From an uncultured Verrucomicrobiae bacterium (GTDB taxonomy: Bacteria > Verrucomicrobiota > Verrucomicrobiia > Chthoniobacterales > JAFAMB01): 64,000 nt of DNA. Both the position numbers and the translations under genes were made by a program. The DNA lies in contig CAWEXO010000005.1 in the NCBI GenBank assembly GCA_963813025.1, forward strand, positions 128,001 to 192,000, given 5' to 3'. The notes under the pieces are model-generated. The model had not been told where the DNA came from. It saw nothing but the letters and a program-made list of their open reading frames with translations, and ran no database searches. Positions 38,085 through 49,769 of this stretch are shown here, piece after piece (the first letter of the stretch is position 1; the number at the start of each line of letters is the position of its first letter).

Positions 38085-38413
38085 CTATCCCCAAAAGTGC
38101 ATGGTTATTCTCGGGTTAGCGCCCCCTCCCTTAAAGGCCTGTTCGATGGCCCTATTCTCAGCCTCTTTTTTGGATTTCTTGCCGAGGGCAACTCCAATCA
38201 CTGAGCCCTTTCCCTTTTGAGCGACAGCCATGGCACCGTACCCAACTCGAGCCGTCGAAGCCAATATCCGGGATTGGTGCCGCCGTGCTTAAAACAATCT
38301 GTAAGCGCCTGCGCTTTGGCCGACTCCATGGTATTGGCTCCATGGACGGCGACCGGAAAATGATTTCCAGTTCCTACGGCAACAACCGAGGCCCCGCGCG
38401 CGTCGCGGAGCAT
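38085..38413 (-). pseudogene. Frameshifted paralogue of the adjacent DUF4189-like gene
   Basis: MLRDARGASVVAVGTG...GGTNP / GYGAMAVAQKGKGSVIG...NPRITMHFWG; aligns to 38465-38845; no signal peptide. Confidence 0.75.
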
Positions 38414-38464
38414 CGGTCCGACAAAGCCCGGTGAAGTGATCTCACTGACACGCCAGGCGCGTCT

Positions 38465-38845
38465 CTATCCCCAAAATTCAGCGATTATCCTCGGATTGCG
38501 ACCGCCAGCTTTCAAACATTTCTCGATGGCCAGACTCGCGGCTTCTTTTTTAGATTCCTTACCCAGGGAAAATCCGAATACTGAGCCTTTTCCTTTTTCA
38601 GCAACAGCAGCAGCACCGTAGCCTACTTTATCGGTCGCAAGTACAATACGGGGATTAACTCCACCGTGTTCAAAACACTCCCGAAGCGCCTGTGCCTTGG
38701 CCGACTCAATAGAACGCGAACCATGGACTTCGACGGGATAGTGTCCTCGAGTTCCTACGGCTACCGCTGACGCAGCGCGCGCGTCGCGGAGCATTAAAGC
38801 AGCCAGCGCTACCCCCAGAAAAAAAGTTCTGTTCCTCCGAACCAT
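38465..38845 (-). CDS. Secreted DUF4189-like protein with an internal duplication
   Basis: Signal peptide; two similar halves each with A...C...GG.NPRI. Confidence 0.65.
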   Translation of the reverse strand: MVRRNRTFFLGVALAALMLRDARAASAVAVGTRGHYPVEVHGSRSIESAKAQALRECFEHGGVNPRIVLATDKVGYGAAAVAEKGKGSVFGFSLGKESKKEAASLAIEKCLKAGGRNPRIIAEFWG

Positions 38846-38905
38846 GTTTTTCCAATATCCCGGTTGAACCATTTTCAATAGAGCGCGCGGTTCGATAAGC
38901 CAGTT

Positions 38906-39712
38906 CTATGGACCAATCGAGGCGCCGAACTGTGTCCGCATAATGCGCACATCGATGACGTTTGGGGTGATCGGCGGGATTTTGCTCCCGTTAAGAAGGG
39001 CAGGATCAGGGAGGACGATGACATTGCGCTTCCACGTTGGGGACACCGTATCTGTTGCCGCCGTTCCAAGAGCAACGATTCCGCCGGTTAACAACACGTT
39101 CTCTGAACTGATTGCCAAAGCCGGATTTGACAGCCCCGTGATGATGACCGCGTTGATAAGTGTCCTGCCACCGGATCGCCCGGGTCCCGTCGGCTGAATG
39201 TTATTTGTACCCGTCGATCGCACCGAACCGGCAAAAGGATTCTCAACGAAAAAATTTGACGAGTTGTTCACGCCGTAGGGGTCGACCGACGCAGGCGCGT
39301 CAACCGTGTTTTCATTCGAATTCTCAGAAGGTGCGTCCACGCTATTGGTATCGGGGGCATCCACAGCGGTCCCGTTGTCTGCGCCGTCTGTACCATCACC
39401 CGTTCCGTCTGCGCTCCCGTCACCACTTCCATCACCGCCGCCATCGCTACTTCCTCCGTCGCTGCCTCCCCCATCGCCACCACCGCCACCACCGCCACCA
39501 CCGCCGTCCGCCCTCGGGCTGAAGGGGTTACCCGAAAGACCGGACCAGCCGCGCGCTAAAGCCGGAATCACAAGCTTAATGACAGCGCGCAAGAGGACCG
39601 GCGATCCCGGTGCACCGGACGGCCATTCCGCGTGCAGCGGACGCACTGCCAAGGTCGCGCTTAGCAACACCACGAGCGCCAAGGGCTCATTCCTCTTTCC
39701 CCGAAAAAGCAT
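38906..39712 (-). CDS. Secreted Gly/Asp-rich low-complexity protein
   Basis: Signal peptide, poly-G/GD tract, VDAP repeats. Confidence 0.6.
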   Translation of the reverse strand: MLFRGKRNEPLALVVLLSATLAVRPLHAEWPSGAPGSPVLLRAVIKLVIPALARGWSGLSGNPFSPRADGGGGGGGGGGDGGGSDGGSSDGGGDGSGDGSADGTGDGTDGADNGTAVDAPDTNSVDAPSENSNENTVDAPASVDPYGVNNSSNFFVENPFAGSVRSTGTNNIQPTGPGRSGGRTLINAVIITGLSNPALAISSENVLLTGGIVALGTAATDTVSPTWKRNVIVLPDPALLNGSKIPPITPNVIDVRIMRTQFGASIGP

Positions 39713-39891
39713 GGTTTTGTTTTTTGCTCACGCTCGTCTAGCGAAGCCGAGTCACCGTCGTCAATCCTTTTCGATTCCACTTTTCGAAATTGTTTTACTC
39801 CGTCCCGCCGGGGGGTCCGTTTTCGTACTCGTCGTCATCCTCGAATAGGGCGCACGACCTCGTGGGTCACCTCCGAAATACGGACGGGGCC

Positions 39892-40203
39892 GGGTCTGTC
39901 GGACTTTGGTCAATCTGTAGCTCGCGCAATCGAGCTAAGATTCGAGACATGTCCCAAAGTGTCTTTGGTCCTGCGCCGGTAGGGCGAAAATTTATTCGAG
40001 CCTTAGCGAGAACTTGTTTGAGCCGTCTTCAGTGTGAATTCCCCAACGCCCGGCTCGAACGAGTCTTCGCCGAAGGCTCAGATGAATTCTCGCCCTACCG
40101 ATTTTGGGATGTTGCGAAACCTTCTCTAAACTTTGCCCTACAGGCACAGGACAGTGCGGCAATCTGAGACGATCTCTAACCGCTCGGGCGACCAATCGCT
40201 TGG
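39892..40203. repeat. Copy of the ~315 bp composite repeat (left TIR only)
   Basis: Near-identical to 3395-3709. Confidence 0.9.
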
Positions 40204-40273
40204 CGCCGCTCAGCCGCTCAACCCGCTTTCCTTCTGGAGCTTACTCCTTCGCCCCGCTAAGACTCGTAACCTG

Positions 40274-41014
40274 ATGGGCAAAGTTGCAGGAATCATCCCG
40301 GCTCGCTGGGGCTCCACCCGATTCCCTGGAAAACCGCTCCACGGTATCGCCGGTAAACCGCTCATCCAGCACGTCTGGGAGCGTTGTGTCGAAGCGGAAG
40401 CGTTTGACCAGATTATCGTCGCGACGGACGATATGCGGATTGCCGAGACGGTCTTCAACTTTGGTGGTGAGGTCTCGATTACTTCACCCGATCACCCGAG
40501 CGGCACCGATCGAGTGGCCGAAGTAGCCCGTAAGCTAAAAAACGCATCGATTATTTTCAATATTCAAGGCGACGAACCGTTGATCGAAGCCAGTCTCATG
40601 CGCCGTCTTGTCAGAAAAATTCTCAGCAGCGACAAAATTGGTATCATCACCGCAGCGACGGCCGCGACGCCGGAGGAAGCGCGCCGGGAACAAGTTGTGA
40701 AGGTGGTCTTCGATCGACTTTCCGATGCCCTGTATTTTTCGCGGTCTTCCATTCCCCATACGCGCGGAGTATTGCCTGCCAGCCTGTACAAGCACCTTGG
40801 TATCTACGGTTACCGGCGCCGGGTGCTTTTGGAGTTCGTTCGCCTTTCACCGAGTGTTTTGGAGCAGACAGAACACCTTGAGCAGTTGCGCGCCCTCGAG
40901 AATGGGATGAAGATTCGCGTCGTTGTGTCAGAGACTCGGGCGATCGGCGTAGATACGTTGGAAGACGCAAAGGAGGTCGAAAAGACGTTGCTTCGCGGGT
41001 TTGGCCGTCGCTAG
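40274..41014 (+). CDS. kdsB: 3-deoxy-manno-octulosonate cytidylyltransferase
   Basis: IPARWGSTRFPGKPL, SGTDR, QGDEP, LEQLRALE. Confidence 0.95.
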   Translation: MGKVAGIIPARWGSTRFPGKPLHGIAGKPLIQHVWERCVEAEAFDQIIVATDDMRIAETVFNFGGEVSITSPDHPSGTDRVAEVARKLKNASIIFNIQGDEPLIEASLMRRLVRKILSSDKIGIITAATAATPEEARREQVVKVVFDRLSDALYFSRSSIPHTRGVLPASLYKHLGIYGYRRRVLLEFVRLSPSVLEQTEHLEQLRALENGMKIRVVVSETRAIGVDTLEDAKEVEKTLLRGFGRR

Positions 41015-41121
41015 CCTGCCTCGTCGCAAATCCTGGAGAGATTTGCGAACGAGGCAGGCTGTGGCAGCAGAATTCTCCGCTACGCTGGTGAATTCTGCTG
41101 GCACTCGTCGGAAGGCTTTAA

Positions 41122-42741
<1,620 letters not shown>

Positions 42742-42819
42742 CTGTGCGGCGCGGTTTCAGCTGACTCGCGCGGAACAGTTTCCGAGCGCTTTACATGTGA
42801 GCGCAGAGGTATCGGGTAA

Positions 42820-42925
42820 TCGGTTTTCTGCCAACGTACGCGAACTCGAGACCATGGTGCGCCGGGCGCTGCTGGTCACCCCGGGCTATCCGATCACCCT
42901 CCGAGATGTCAAGCGAGCGATGTAT
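42820..42925 (+). pseudogene. Remnant of a sigma-54 activator AAA C-terminus
   Basis: ANVRELETMVRRALL resembles the GNVRELEN motif; rest of the gene absent. Confidence 0.5.
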
Positions 42926-43067
42926 GCCGACGCTCGCTGGGAGGCCAAGAGTGATCGATCCCTCGCATGCGATCGACACTTCCCGGTTCCAAAATCGGAT
43001 TCACGATTAAATTTCTCCGCCCGCTGTGTATTGCGCTCAGCGACCTTCTGTATTACAATTGAATTGG

Positions 43068-43307
43068 ATGAGAACCTTGGTATTAAGAATTCCCGACGAC
43101 CTCGAGGTGCGACTCGAGGCGTTAGCTTCCCGACATGGTAAGACCAAGTCAGCAATCGCGAGAGAGGTTCTCTCGAGAGGAGTCCGCCGTGGACGCAAAG
43201 GTGATTTATCGGCCATTGATCTCATGCGGGACCAAATCGGGATTGTCGATAGCGGCATCGGCGATCTGGCGTCAGATCCTAAGCACATGGAAGGATTCGG
43301 CCGTTAA
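43068..43307 (+). CDS. CopG/RHH antitoxin
   Basis: MRTLVLRIPDDLEVRLEALASRHGKTKSAIARE; TAATG overlap with the PIN gene. Confidence 0.85.
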   Translation: MRTLVLRIPDDLEVRLEALASRHGKTKSAIAREVLSRGVRRGRKGDLSAIDLMRDQIGIVDSGIGDLASDPKHMEGFGR

Positions 43308-43723
43308 TGGCTCAAGTGATTGTTGATACAGGGCCACTCGTCGCAATTCTCGACAAGAGCGACGGTGTTCACGATTAGGCAACGGAGAAGCTGAAATCGA
43401 TCCGCCCACCGCTCATCACCTGCGAGCCGGTTCTGACGGAGGTTTGCTTTTTGCTCAGAAGACAAACCAAAGCATTAGCAGCTGTTGCTCTTCTCCTGGA
43501 AAGACGAATCCTCGAGATTAGCTTTTCTCTTGAGCGGGAAATCGATCCGGTTTTCCGGTTGCTGGATCGCTTTAAGAACGTTCCAATGTCGTTGGCTGAC
43601 GCCTGCCTTGTCCGATTGTCGGAGTTGAATCCGGAACACGCGATCTTCACCCTCGACAGCGATTTCCAAATCTATCGCCGAAACCGTCGACAAAAGATCC
43701 CACTTTTCGTTCCTGGGACCTAG
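43307..43723 (+). pseudogene. PIN-domain VapC toxin with in-frame TAG at codon 24
   Basis: MAQVIVDTGPLVA...HD*A...TCEPVLTE...MSLADACL...FTLDSDF; stop at 43376-43378. Confidence 0.88.
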
Positions 43724-43756
43724 CATTTTTCATCGAAAAGCGACTCCAACTCCCTC

Positions 43757-43862
43757 AAATCTTGTTTTCCTGCGAGGATTTACAAGGAGCTGAACAGTTG
43801 GAAGGTTCACCGGCAAGATGGGCGAGTCACGGCCGGAAAGTGGCACAGGCTTCCAGCCTGTC
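43757..43862. repeat. ~100 bp dispersed repeat with GTGGCACAGGCTTCCAGCCTGT REP-like hairpin
   Basis: Matches 3296-3395. Confidence 0.85.
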
Positions 43863-43934
43863 AGTGGAGTTTGCGCGGATGCTTTGGTTGCGGACCTCGG
43901 GCGTGAGCTCGGCCGAATGCTACGCCACAAGGCT

Positions 43935-44594
43935 CTAAAAAACGCCCGGAATGAGCCGTGATGTCCGGGCGCGGTAAGCGTCGTACTCAGCGCCGAATTG
44001 CGTGCGCAGTAAGATCTCTTCCGCACGGATGCGCGCGAGGAGCGGCGGAATGAGGAGCGCCCCGAGCAACACGCCGACGCCAGAACGAAAGGCAAGACCC
44101 CAGCCCAGCGAGCTGATCAATAGCCCAAGGTAACTGGGATGACGGATGACGCCATAAAGACCGTTCGTCACCAGGGTGTGCCTAGGCTGGATAGCCACCA
44201 GCCCGCTGAACCGATGACCGAGCACAAAGACTGGCCAGATCCGCAAGGCACCCCCAATAGCGAAGAGAGCGACCCCAAGCCAACGAATGCCGTCGCCGTC
44301 GAACGTCCAGAAATCCTTCCGGTCCGTGTAGGCCGGCAGATAACCGGCCAGCAATCCGAGCAAGCCGAACGCTGGAAGCACCCAGCGGTTGCTACGATCC
44401 TCGCGCAACCCTGGGCTTAAATTTCCGCCGGCAAAAAACGCGACGCCAGACAACGCAAAGAGCACGACGGCGAGCGCGATCAGCGCCGGGTGAGAGAAGA
44501 AGGCCGCAAATCCGCCCCAGCCGAGGACGGCCAAACCGAGGTAGACAACTGTGCCCGCAAAGATGAACATCAACCGGGTGCCAGGTCTCTTCAT
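43935..44594 (-). CDS. Isoprenylcysteine carboxylmethyltransferase family membrane protein
   Basis: LVTNGLYGVIRHPSYLG, RIRAEE...FGAEY. Confidence 0.9.
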   Translation of the reverse strand: MKRPGTRLMFIFAGTVVYLGLAVLGWGGFAAFFSHPALIALAVVLFALSGVAFFAGGNLSPGLREDRSNRWVLPAFGLLGLLAGYLPAYTDRKDFWTFDGDGIRWLGVALFAIGGALRIWPVFVLGHRFSGLVAIQPRHTLVTNGLYGVIRHPSYLGLLISSLGWGLAFRSGVGVLLGALLIPPLLARIRAEEILLRTQFGAEYDAYRARTSRLIPGVF

Positions 44595-44623
44595 TGCTGA
44601 CTTGTCGGCTCGCCGTTCCGGCT

Positions 44624-45649
44624 CTAGCTTTTCCGCTTCCTTTGAGCTGCCAATTTCTCAATGAAATCGTACGGGTAAGGCAGCTCCGGCATGCTCGCGC
44701 GATCGAGCTCGCCCACCTGGTCCGCCGACAACTCCCAACCGACCGCTCCGAGATTTGTCTCCAGTTGTTCGAGGCTGCGCGCTCCGATAATTGGAGCCGT
44801 CACTCCGGGCTTACGCAGAAGCCAATTGATCGCGACCTGGGCCGCAGTGTGTCCCGCTTGCTTGGCGATGCCGTGCAACGCATCCAGCGTTCGCCAGGTT
44901 GATTCTCGATCGTACGCGGACCAACTTTCCGACCAACCCTCCTTTTCGGCCTTCTCGATCCGTGAACCCGAAGGCGGCGCCGACATGCCTCGGCTGAATT
45001 TGCCGGACAGCCAGCCGCCGCGCAGCGGGCTCCACGGGATCACACCCAGTCCTTCGTTGAGCGCGACGGGGATAAGCTCCCATTCCGTCGAACGACAAAG
45101 CAGGTTGTATTGCGGCTGCAAGCAAACAAACGGCTCCCAGCCGTGCGCTCGGCTCAGGTCGATCGCTTTTTGCAATTGCCAGCCAGTGAAATTGCTCGCT
45201 CCGATGTATCGCGCCATTCCTCGTCGTACGAGATCGTTCAGACATGACAAAGTCTCTTCCAGCGGTGTGCCCGGGTCCCAACAATGGACTTGATAGAGAT
45301 CGAGGTAATCGGTTTGCAGACGGCGCAGACTGGCGGCCACGGACGCTAGAATATGTTTCCGGCTCAGCCCGACGTCATTCGGCCCGTCACCCATCGGAAA
45401 GCGAACCTTGGTCGCGACCACCAGATCGTCGCGGCGCTGCCGAGCTAACCAGCGGCCAACGATTTCTTCGGACACACCTGTCGAATAAACATTGGCCGTA
45501 TCGATAAAATTGCCGCCTTCAGCCACGAACTTGTCCAACATCGTGTGGCTCTGTTTCTCGTCTGCTTCGTCTTTCCTCCCGAACGTCATTGCGCCCAGGC
45601 AAAGCTCACTCACTTTCATTCCTGTTTTGCCGAGATATTGAGTTTCCAT
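44624..45649 (-). CDS. Aldo/keto reductase
   Basis: [34 protein letters not shown]. Confidence 0.93.
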   Translation of the reverse strand: METQYLGKTGMKVSELCLGAMTFGRKDEADEKQSHTMLDKFVAEGGNFIDTANVYSTGVSEEIVGRWLARQRRDDLVVATKVRFPMGDGPNDVGLSRKHILASVAASLRRLQTDYLDLYQVHCWDPGTPLEETLSCLNDLVRRGMARYIGASNFTGWQLQKAIDLSRAHGWEPFVCLQPQYNLLCRSTEWELIPVALNEGLGVIPWSPLRGGWLSGKFSRGMSAPPSGSRIEKAEKEGWSESWSAYDRESTWRTLDALHGIAKQAGHTAAQVAINWLLRKPGVTAPIIGARSLEQLETNLGAVGWELSADQVGELDRASMPELPYPYDFIEKLAAQRKRKS

Positions 45650-46006
45650 GCTAATTTGGACGGTCGCCGCGCGAATCGCAGATCGCAAATCGCAAAGTTA
45701 ATCGGCAGAAGCTCAAAGCAGCAGTAGAATGAGCTTCCAGCTTGTCAGCTATGAGAGCCGGCAAGGACGCCGGTGTCACGGCGGAGAAGGACAACAGACC
45801 TGCTCCATCAACCGTGCGGGCAAAACGTTGACCCGCCTTCCCGGTTTTCGACAGTAGTCCTTTAGCGACTCACGGATAGTAATCTTATTCCAATCCTTCC
45901 GTTGCACCGGTACCATTCCGGCCGGACTGCGCTCGGCTGATTCTACTTCGTACGGCTCAAGCGATTTGTCGCGCGAGAGGAAGAGGTCGTCTCAGAGTGC
46001 ACATTG

Positions 46007-46154
46007 CCCTGTGTCGGTAGGGCGAAAATTCATTTGAGCCGGACGCTGGGTGGGCCCCCGCTCCAGACGGCTCCTCCTTCGCTAAAGCTATGGCGGACAC
46101 GTCAAACAAGTTCTCCCTAAGGCTCAAATGAATTTTCGCCCTACCGACACAGGG
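46007..46154. repeat. REP doublet (REPIN-like) with a perfect 34 bp inverted repeat
   Basis: ccctgtgtcggtagggcgaaaattcatttgagcc (46007-46040) / exact reverse complement at 46121-46154. Confidence 0.9.
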
Positions 46155-46196
46155 ACCAAAGACGCGTTGAGACAAGTCTCTAATTCTTAAAGCCGT

Positions 46197-46793
46197 CTAC
46201 CTTGGCGACCGTCCTCTCGCCGGTTCGATCCGCTCTCTCGCTTCGGCCTGCTCAGCGACCAACTTCTTCAGGCGATTGCCTAGAGATGCTTTCATCGCCG
46301 AATTCATTCGATCGATAAACAGTATTCCGTTCAGATGATCGATTTCATGCTGGACCGCTCGCGCGAGCAGTCCTTCTGTCTCAAATTCGATCTTTTGGCC
46401 ATCTAAACCATCGGCGCGAACATGCACATGCGATGCCCGCGAGATGTCGGCGCTAATTTCCGGAAAACTCAGACACCCTTCCGGACCGATCTCCGTCTCC
46501 TTACTCAAATCGATCTGCGGATTGAGGAGCACGATCGGCATATGCTTTCGAGGATCAACTTCCGCGCCTTCGATCCAAAGCCGGCTGGGCCGGTTCTCGG
46601 CTTCAGCCACATCGACAACGGTCAATTGCAGTGGCACCCCGACCTGTTGCGCCGCCAGTCCAACTCCATTCGCCGCTCGCATCGTGTCGAGCATGTCTTC
46701 GGCCAACGCGCGAATCTCATCCGTCACCCGGTCAATGCGTTTGCCCTTCGCCCGTAAAACCGGGTTGCCATAGATGACGATCTCGCGGATCAC
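46197..46793 (-). CDS. def: Peptide deformylase
   Basis: GVGLAAQQ, EGCLS, QHEIDH. Confidence 0.97.
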   Translation of the reverse strand: MIREIVIYGNPVLRAKGKRIDRVTDEIRALAEDMLDTMRAANGVGLAAQQVGVPLQLTVVDVAEAENRPSRLWIEGAEVDPRKHMPIVLLNPQIDLSKETEIGPEGCLSFPEISADISRASHVHVRADGLDGQKIEFETEGLLARAVQHEIDHLNGILFIDRMNSAMKASLGNRLKKLVAEQAEARERIEPARGRSPR

Positions 46794-47209
46794 TTGGTCT
46801 CCTTTGGTTGAGTAAAGGTGGGCAGGTTCTTAATTCCTGACTCTCGTAAAGCATCCAACACCTGGACCAGAAAACCAAACGAGACCTCCTTGGCCGCATT
46901 CATGGCCAGGGGTCGATCCGGAGATCCCTGCTGCAAGTCTTTCAAAGCAGGCGCCAATTGGTCAACGCCGCTCAGTTGCTTGTCGCCTAAGTATAGTTTC
47001 TCATCGGCGGTGATCGATAGAATGATCGGCTCTTTCGGATTCTCGCTCGTGGTGGCCGTCCGCGATTCGGGTAGCTTGATCGAAAGCTGGGACTGAGCGG
47101 TTTTGAACGTCGTCGTGACGATGAAAAAGATCAGGAGGATCGCGAAGATATCGATCAGATTTACAATGATGATCTGCGGCGTTCGCTTCCTTTTAACGTA
47201 AAACCTCAT
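46790..47209 (-). CDS. exbD: ExbD/TolR family protein
   Basis: LIDIFAILLIFFIVTT single TM with the conserved Asp. Confidence 0.88.
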   Translation of the reverse strand: MRFYVKRKRTPQIIIVNLIDIFAILLIFFIVTTTFKTAQSQLSIKLPESRTATTSENPKEPIILSITADEKLYLGDKQLSGVDQLAPALKDLQQGSPDRPLAMNAAKEVSFGFLVQVLDALRESGIKNLPTFTQPKETK

Positions 47210-47895
47210 CGCGTCGCTTCTTCCAAGGACGTTTCTTCCGCGTTATAGTTTTTGCGCGGCAGGTGAAAGAGCTTCTCGATCAAGTCCGTGACGAGTGCCT
47301 CCATCTCGACGGCCAGCCGTTCGATCCGGCGCGAGAAATAGGTGAAAGCGATCAGGGCAGGAATCGCGATAGCAAGGCCGACGATCGTCGTACTTAAAGC
47401 CTCGCCGATACCGGAGGCCATGCCCTTGAGATCAGCCGTCGACATCACGCCGGAGCCGATATTGCCGAAGACCTTGATTAGGCCATTCACCGCGCCGAGC
47501 AAACCCAAAAGGGGCGCGATTCCCACGACAATTTCCAGGATGAAGAGACCGCTCTCCATCCGGACAATCTCTTGCCGGGCCTTGGATTGTACCAGCTCAA
47601 CTGTTTCCTGCTTCGAATTATTGTAGGGGCGGATCGCCGCCTCAACCACTCGAGAAAGCGGTGAGTCGTCGTCCATGATCAGGTGCCGCAGGTGCTCGGG
47701 TTCGTCGCCCGGTTTCAGAGTGTTTATCTCGCGCTCAATCAATTGGGGAATAACCGCTCGGCGGCGCAACGCCAGCGAGCGCAGGAGAACAACCGTAAGC
47801 CCGACAAACGAGCAAAACAGAAGGACTCCCATGAAGATCCCGCCTTTGATGAAGAAGTCGGTAATATTTTCGAACAGGGCTAGCTGATAATGCAT
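47206..47895 (-). CDS. exbB: MotA/TolQ/ExbB proton channel
   Basis: APLLGLLG, GIGEALSTT.VGL.IAIPA. Confidence 0.88.
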   Translation of the reverse strand: MHYQLALFENITDFFIKGGIFMGVLLFCSFVGLTVVLLRSLALRRRAVIPQLIEREINTLKPGDEPEHLRHLIMDDDSPLSRVVEAAIRPYNNSKQETVELVQSKARQEIVRMESGLFILEIVVGIAPLLGLLGAVNGLIKVFGNIGSGVMSTADLKGMASGIGEALSTTIVGLAIAIPALIAFTYFSRRIERLAVEMEALVTDLIEKLFHLPRKNYNAEETSLEEATR

Positions 47896-47897
47896 GG

Positions 47898-48884
47898 CTA
47901 TTGGATGAGGAAGGTAAACGTAAACGTAAAATCGACACCATTGCTCGGAACCGCGGAGACAAGCTCTTCTGGCATCGGCGGTATTTGCGCATCGCATACC
48001 GCGCGCAAAGAGCAAGATGCCAATGTCTGATTGGACGCCGCGCCAACGACACGAGCGTTCTCCACCCGACCGTCGGGCAAAACATGAAAATTCACTTGAA
48101 CCGAATCGGGCATCAGGGACGCCCCGCCGCGCTCGTTAACGTAAAAATACCAGCGTGAACCGACCGCATCAGAAACCGCTTTCTGGAACCGTCCCCACGG
48201 GGTTCCGAGCGCCGCCGCTGAGGATCGTCCCCGATTCGTGATATTGCCCCGCATCTCGTTGAGCAACGATTGCTGCCGGTAAGCGGTCCGAGGCGCAGTC
48301 CTCTGTCTCTGAGTTCGCTGTGAATTCGCGGGCGGCGGTGTTGGCGCTGGGGTCGGCGCCTGTTTCAGCATGGCTAGCTCCTCTTCTTTTGGCGGGGTTG
48401 GCGTGGGCGTGGGCTCCGGAGTCGGCGCCGGCGTGGGCGTAGGTGTAGGTGTCGCCTCCGGCTGCTCGGGTTGTGTCTGGTCCGGTTGACGATTGAATTC
48501 TGTTCCCTTCGCATCGAGCGAGTAATCGTGGTTCAGAAACGCCATGTCTGGGAATTTTTTCCCGTCCTGCGTTGGAACCGGGTCGGTTCCTTTAGCAGGC
48601 TGTTCCGCCGCAGCCGCGGTGTCCTTATCGGATTCAAATGTTGAATCCACCGGCTTCTGATCTGCCTTTTGCAGGTCATCGGTCCGCACATACCGATGCT
48701 CCGGCTGTTGGGGCGCCGGTTGATCGAGCATTGTCAGCTCAGGCAGTTGATCCTGGCTGGGCGATGCCTGGACAGATTCAGTCTGTGGCCAGATCGAGAG
48801 CATCCCGCTGACCGAGAGGATGATGAGGATGTGCAGGATGATCGATCCCGCAACCGCCAGAGCCACCTTCTTCCGGTTAGACAT
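47898..48884 (-). CDS. TonB/TolA-like energy transducer
   Basis: N-terminal TM with SIILH, Pro/Thr-rich linker, TonB_C-like C-terminus. Confidence 0.8.
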   Translation of the reverse strand: MSNRKKVALAVAGSIILHILIILSVSGMLSIWPQTESVQASPSQDQLPELTMLDQPAPQQPEHRYVRTDDLQKADQKPVDSTFESDKDTAAAAEQPAKGTDPVPTQDGKKFPDMAFLNHDYSLDAKGTEFNRQPDQTQPEQPEATPTPTPTPAPTPEPTPTPTPPKEEELAMLKQAPTPAPTPPPANSQRTQRQRTAPRTAYRQQSLLNEMRGNITNRGRSSAAALGTPWGRFQKAVSDAVGSRWYFYVNERGGASLMPDSVQVNFHVLPDGRVENARVVGAASNQTLASCSLRAVCDAQIPPMPEELVSAVPSNGVDFTFTFTFLIQ

Positions 48885-49037
48885 CGACAAATTGCGCAAA
48901 GAGTAAGTCGAGTCCGCACATCGCTCAAGTCTGAACTCGCAGTGAAAAACTCCCGAGAAACCGACGAGTGTCTCGCTGGTGAATAGTCATGCGTGTCGTG
49001 CCTTTCGGCCAGCAAAGACGTCCTCCGCCTGCCCACC

Positions 49038-49769
49038 TCAAATCCGCCGATCAGTGCCGCGCGACATTGGCGCCCAGATCTCCGGTACCGGTGGTATGCC
49101 GCGGTCACCCGATCGAGCTTGCTCGATTATGCCATTGGCGATGCCAGTCGCGATTTTCTGACGGTACGATCCGTTCGCCACTTTAAGCACCTCCGATGGA
49201 TTGGTTAGATAAGCGCATTCGCAGAGAACACAGGGAATTTCAGGATTTCGCGTCAAACGTAACCGCCGCCGAGTGACGCCCCAATCATGTTCTCCGGTGG
49301 CTGCCACTACTCCACGCTGGATTCGCGTCGCCAGCCCATGGCTGTTGGCATGCCAGAAAAAAGTTTGAACGCCGCTCGCCCGCGAATCGCCAACTGCGTT
49401 GTAGTGGATACTCACCAGAACAGCTCCCGGGCCGGTCCGATTGGCCAAAGCCACGCGATCATCGAGTTCCACAAAGTAATCGCCGTTACGAACCATCACC
49501 ACCCTCAGCCCCGAGCGCTTCAACAAATCTCGCACACGCCTGGCCGTGTCGAGAGTGACATCTTTTTCTCGAACAAAGACCGGACCCCGGCCGCTTGTCC
49601 CGCCATTATCCTTTCCCCCGTGGCCGGCATCGAGAACGACCGTCCTGAAATGAAGGTGAGGATTCGACCCGCCTGAGGTGCAGGAAACAAAGAAAAATCC
49701 GGTGAGGGCGAGCAGGGCCAGGCCGAGCAGTCGGATCAGTGTGGGTCGGTCAGCGTTCAATCTCGCCAC
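49038..49769 (-). CDS. N-acetylmuramoyl-L-alanine amidase (Amidase_3), possible lipoprotein
   Basis: LDAGHGG, EK, SIHYN, CECAYLTN. Confidence 0.9.
   Translation of the reverse strand: MARLNADRPTLIRLLGLALLALTGFFFVSCTSGGSNPHLHFRTVVLDAGHGGKDNGGTSGRGPVFVREKDVTLDTARRVRDLLKRSGLRVVMVRNGDYFVELDDRVALANRTGPGAVLVSIHYNAVGDSRASGVQTFFWHANSHGLATRIQRGVVAATGEHDWGVTRRRLRLTRNPEIPCVLCECAYLTNPSEVLKVANGSYRQKIATGIANGIIEQARSGDRGIPPVPEIWAPMSRGTDRRI

Noticed and set aside
38085..38845. DGR TR/VR pair
   Set aside because: Differences between the paralogues are not confined to adenines and span the whole gene
43376..43378. Amber recoding or pyrrolysine
   Set aside because: TAG is used as a normal stop by many genes here; no pyl genes seen
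48900..49035. Riboswitch upstream of the tonB-like gene
   Set aside because: Only a GAAA tetraloop hairpin; no recognisable aptamer consensus
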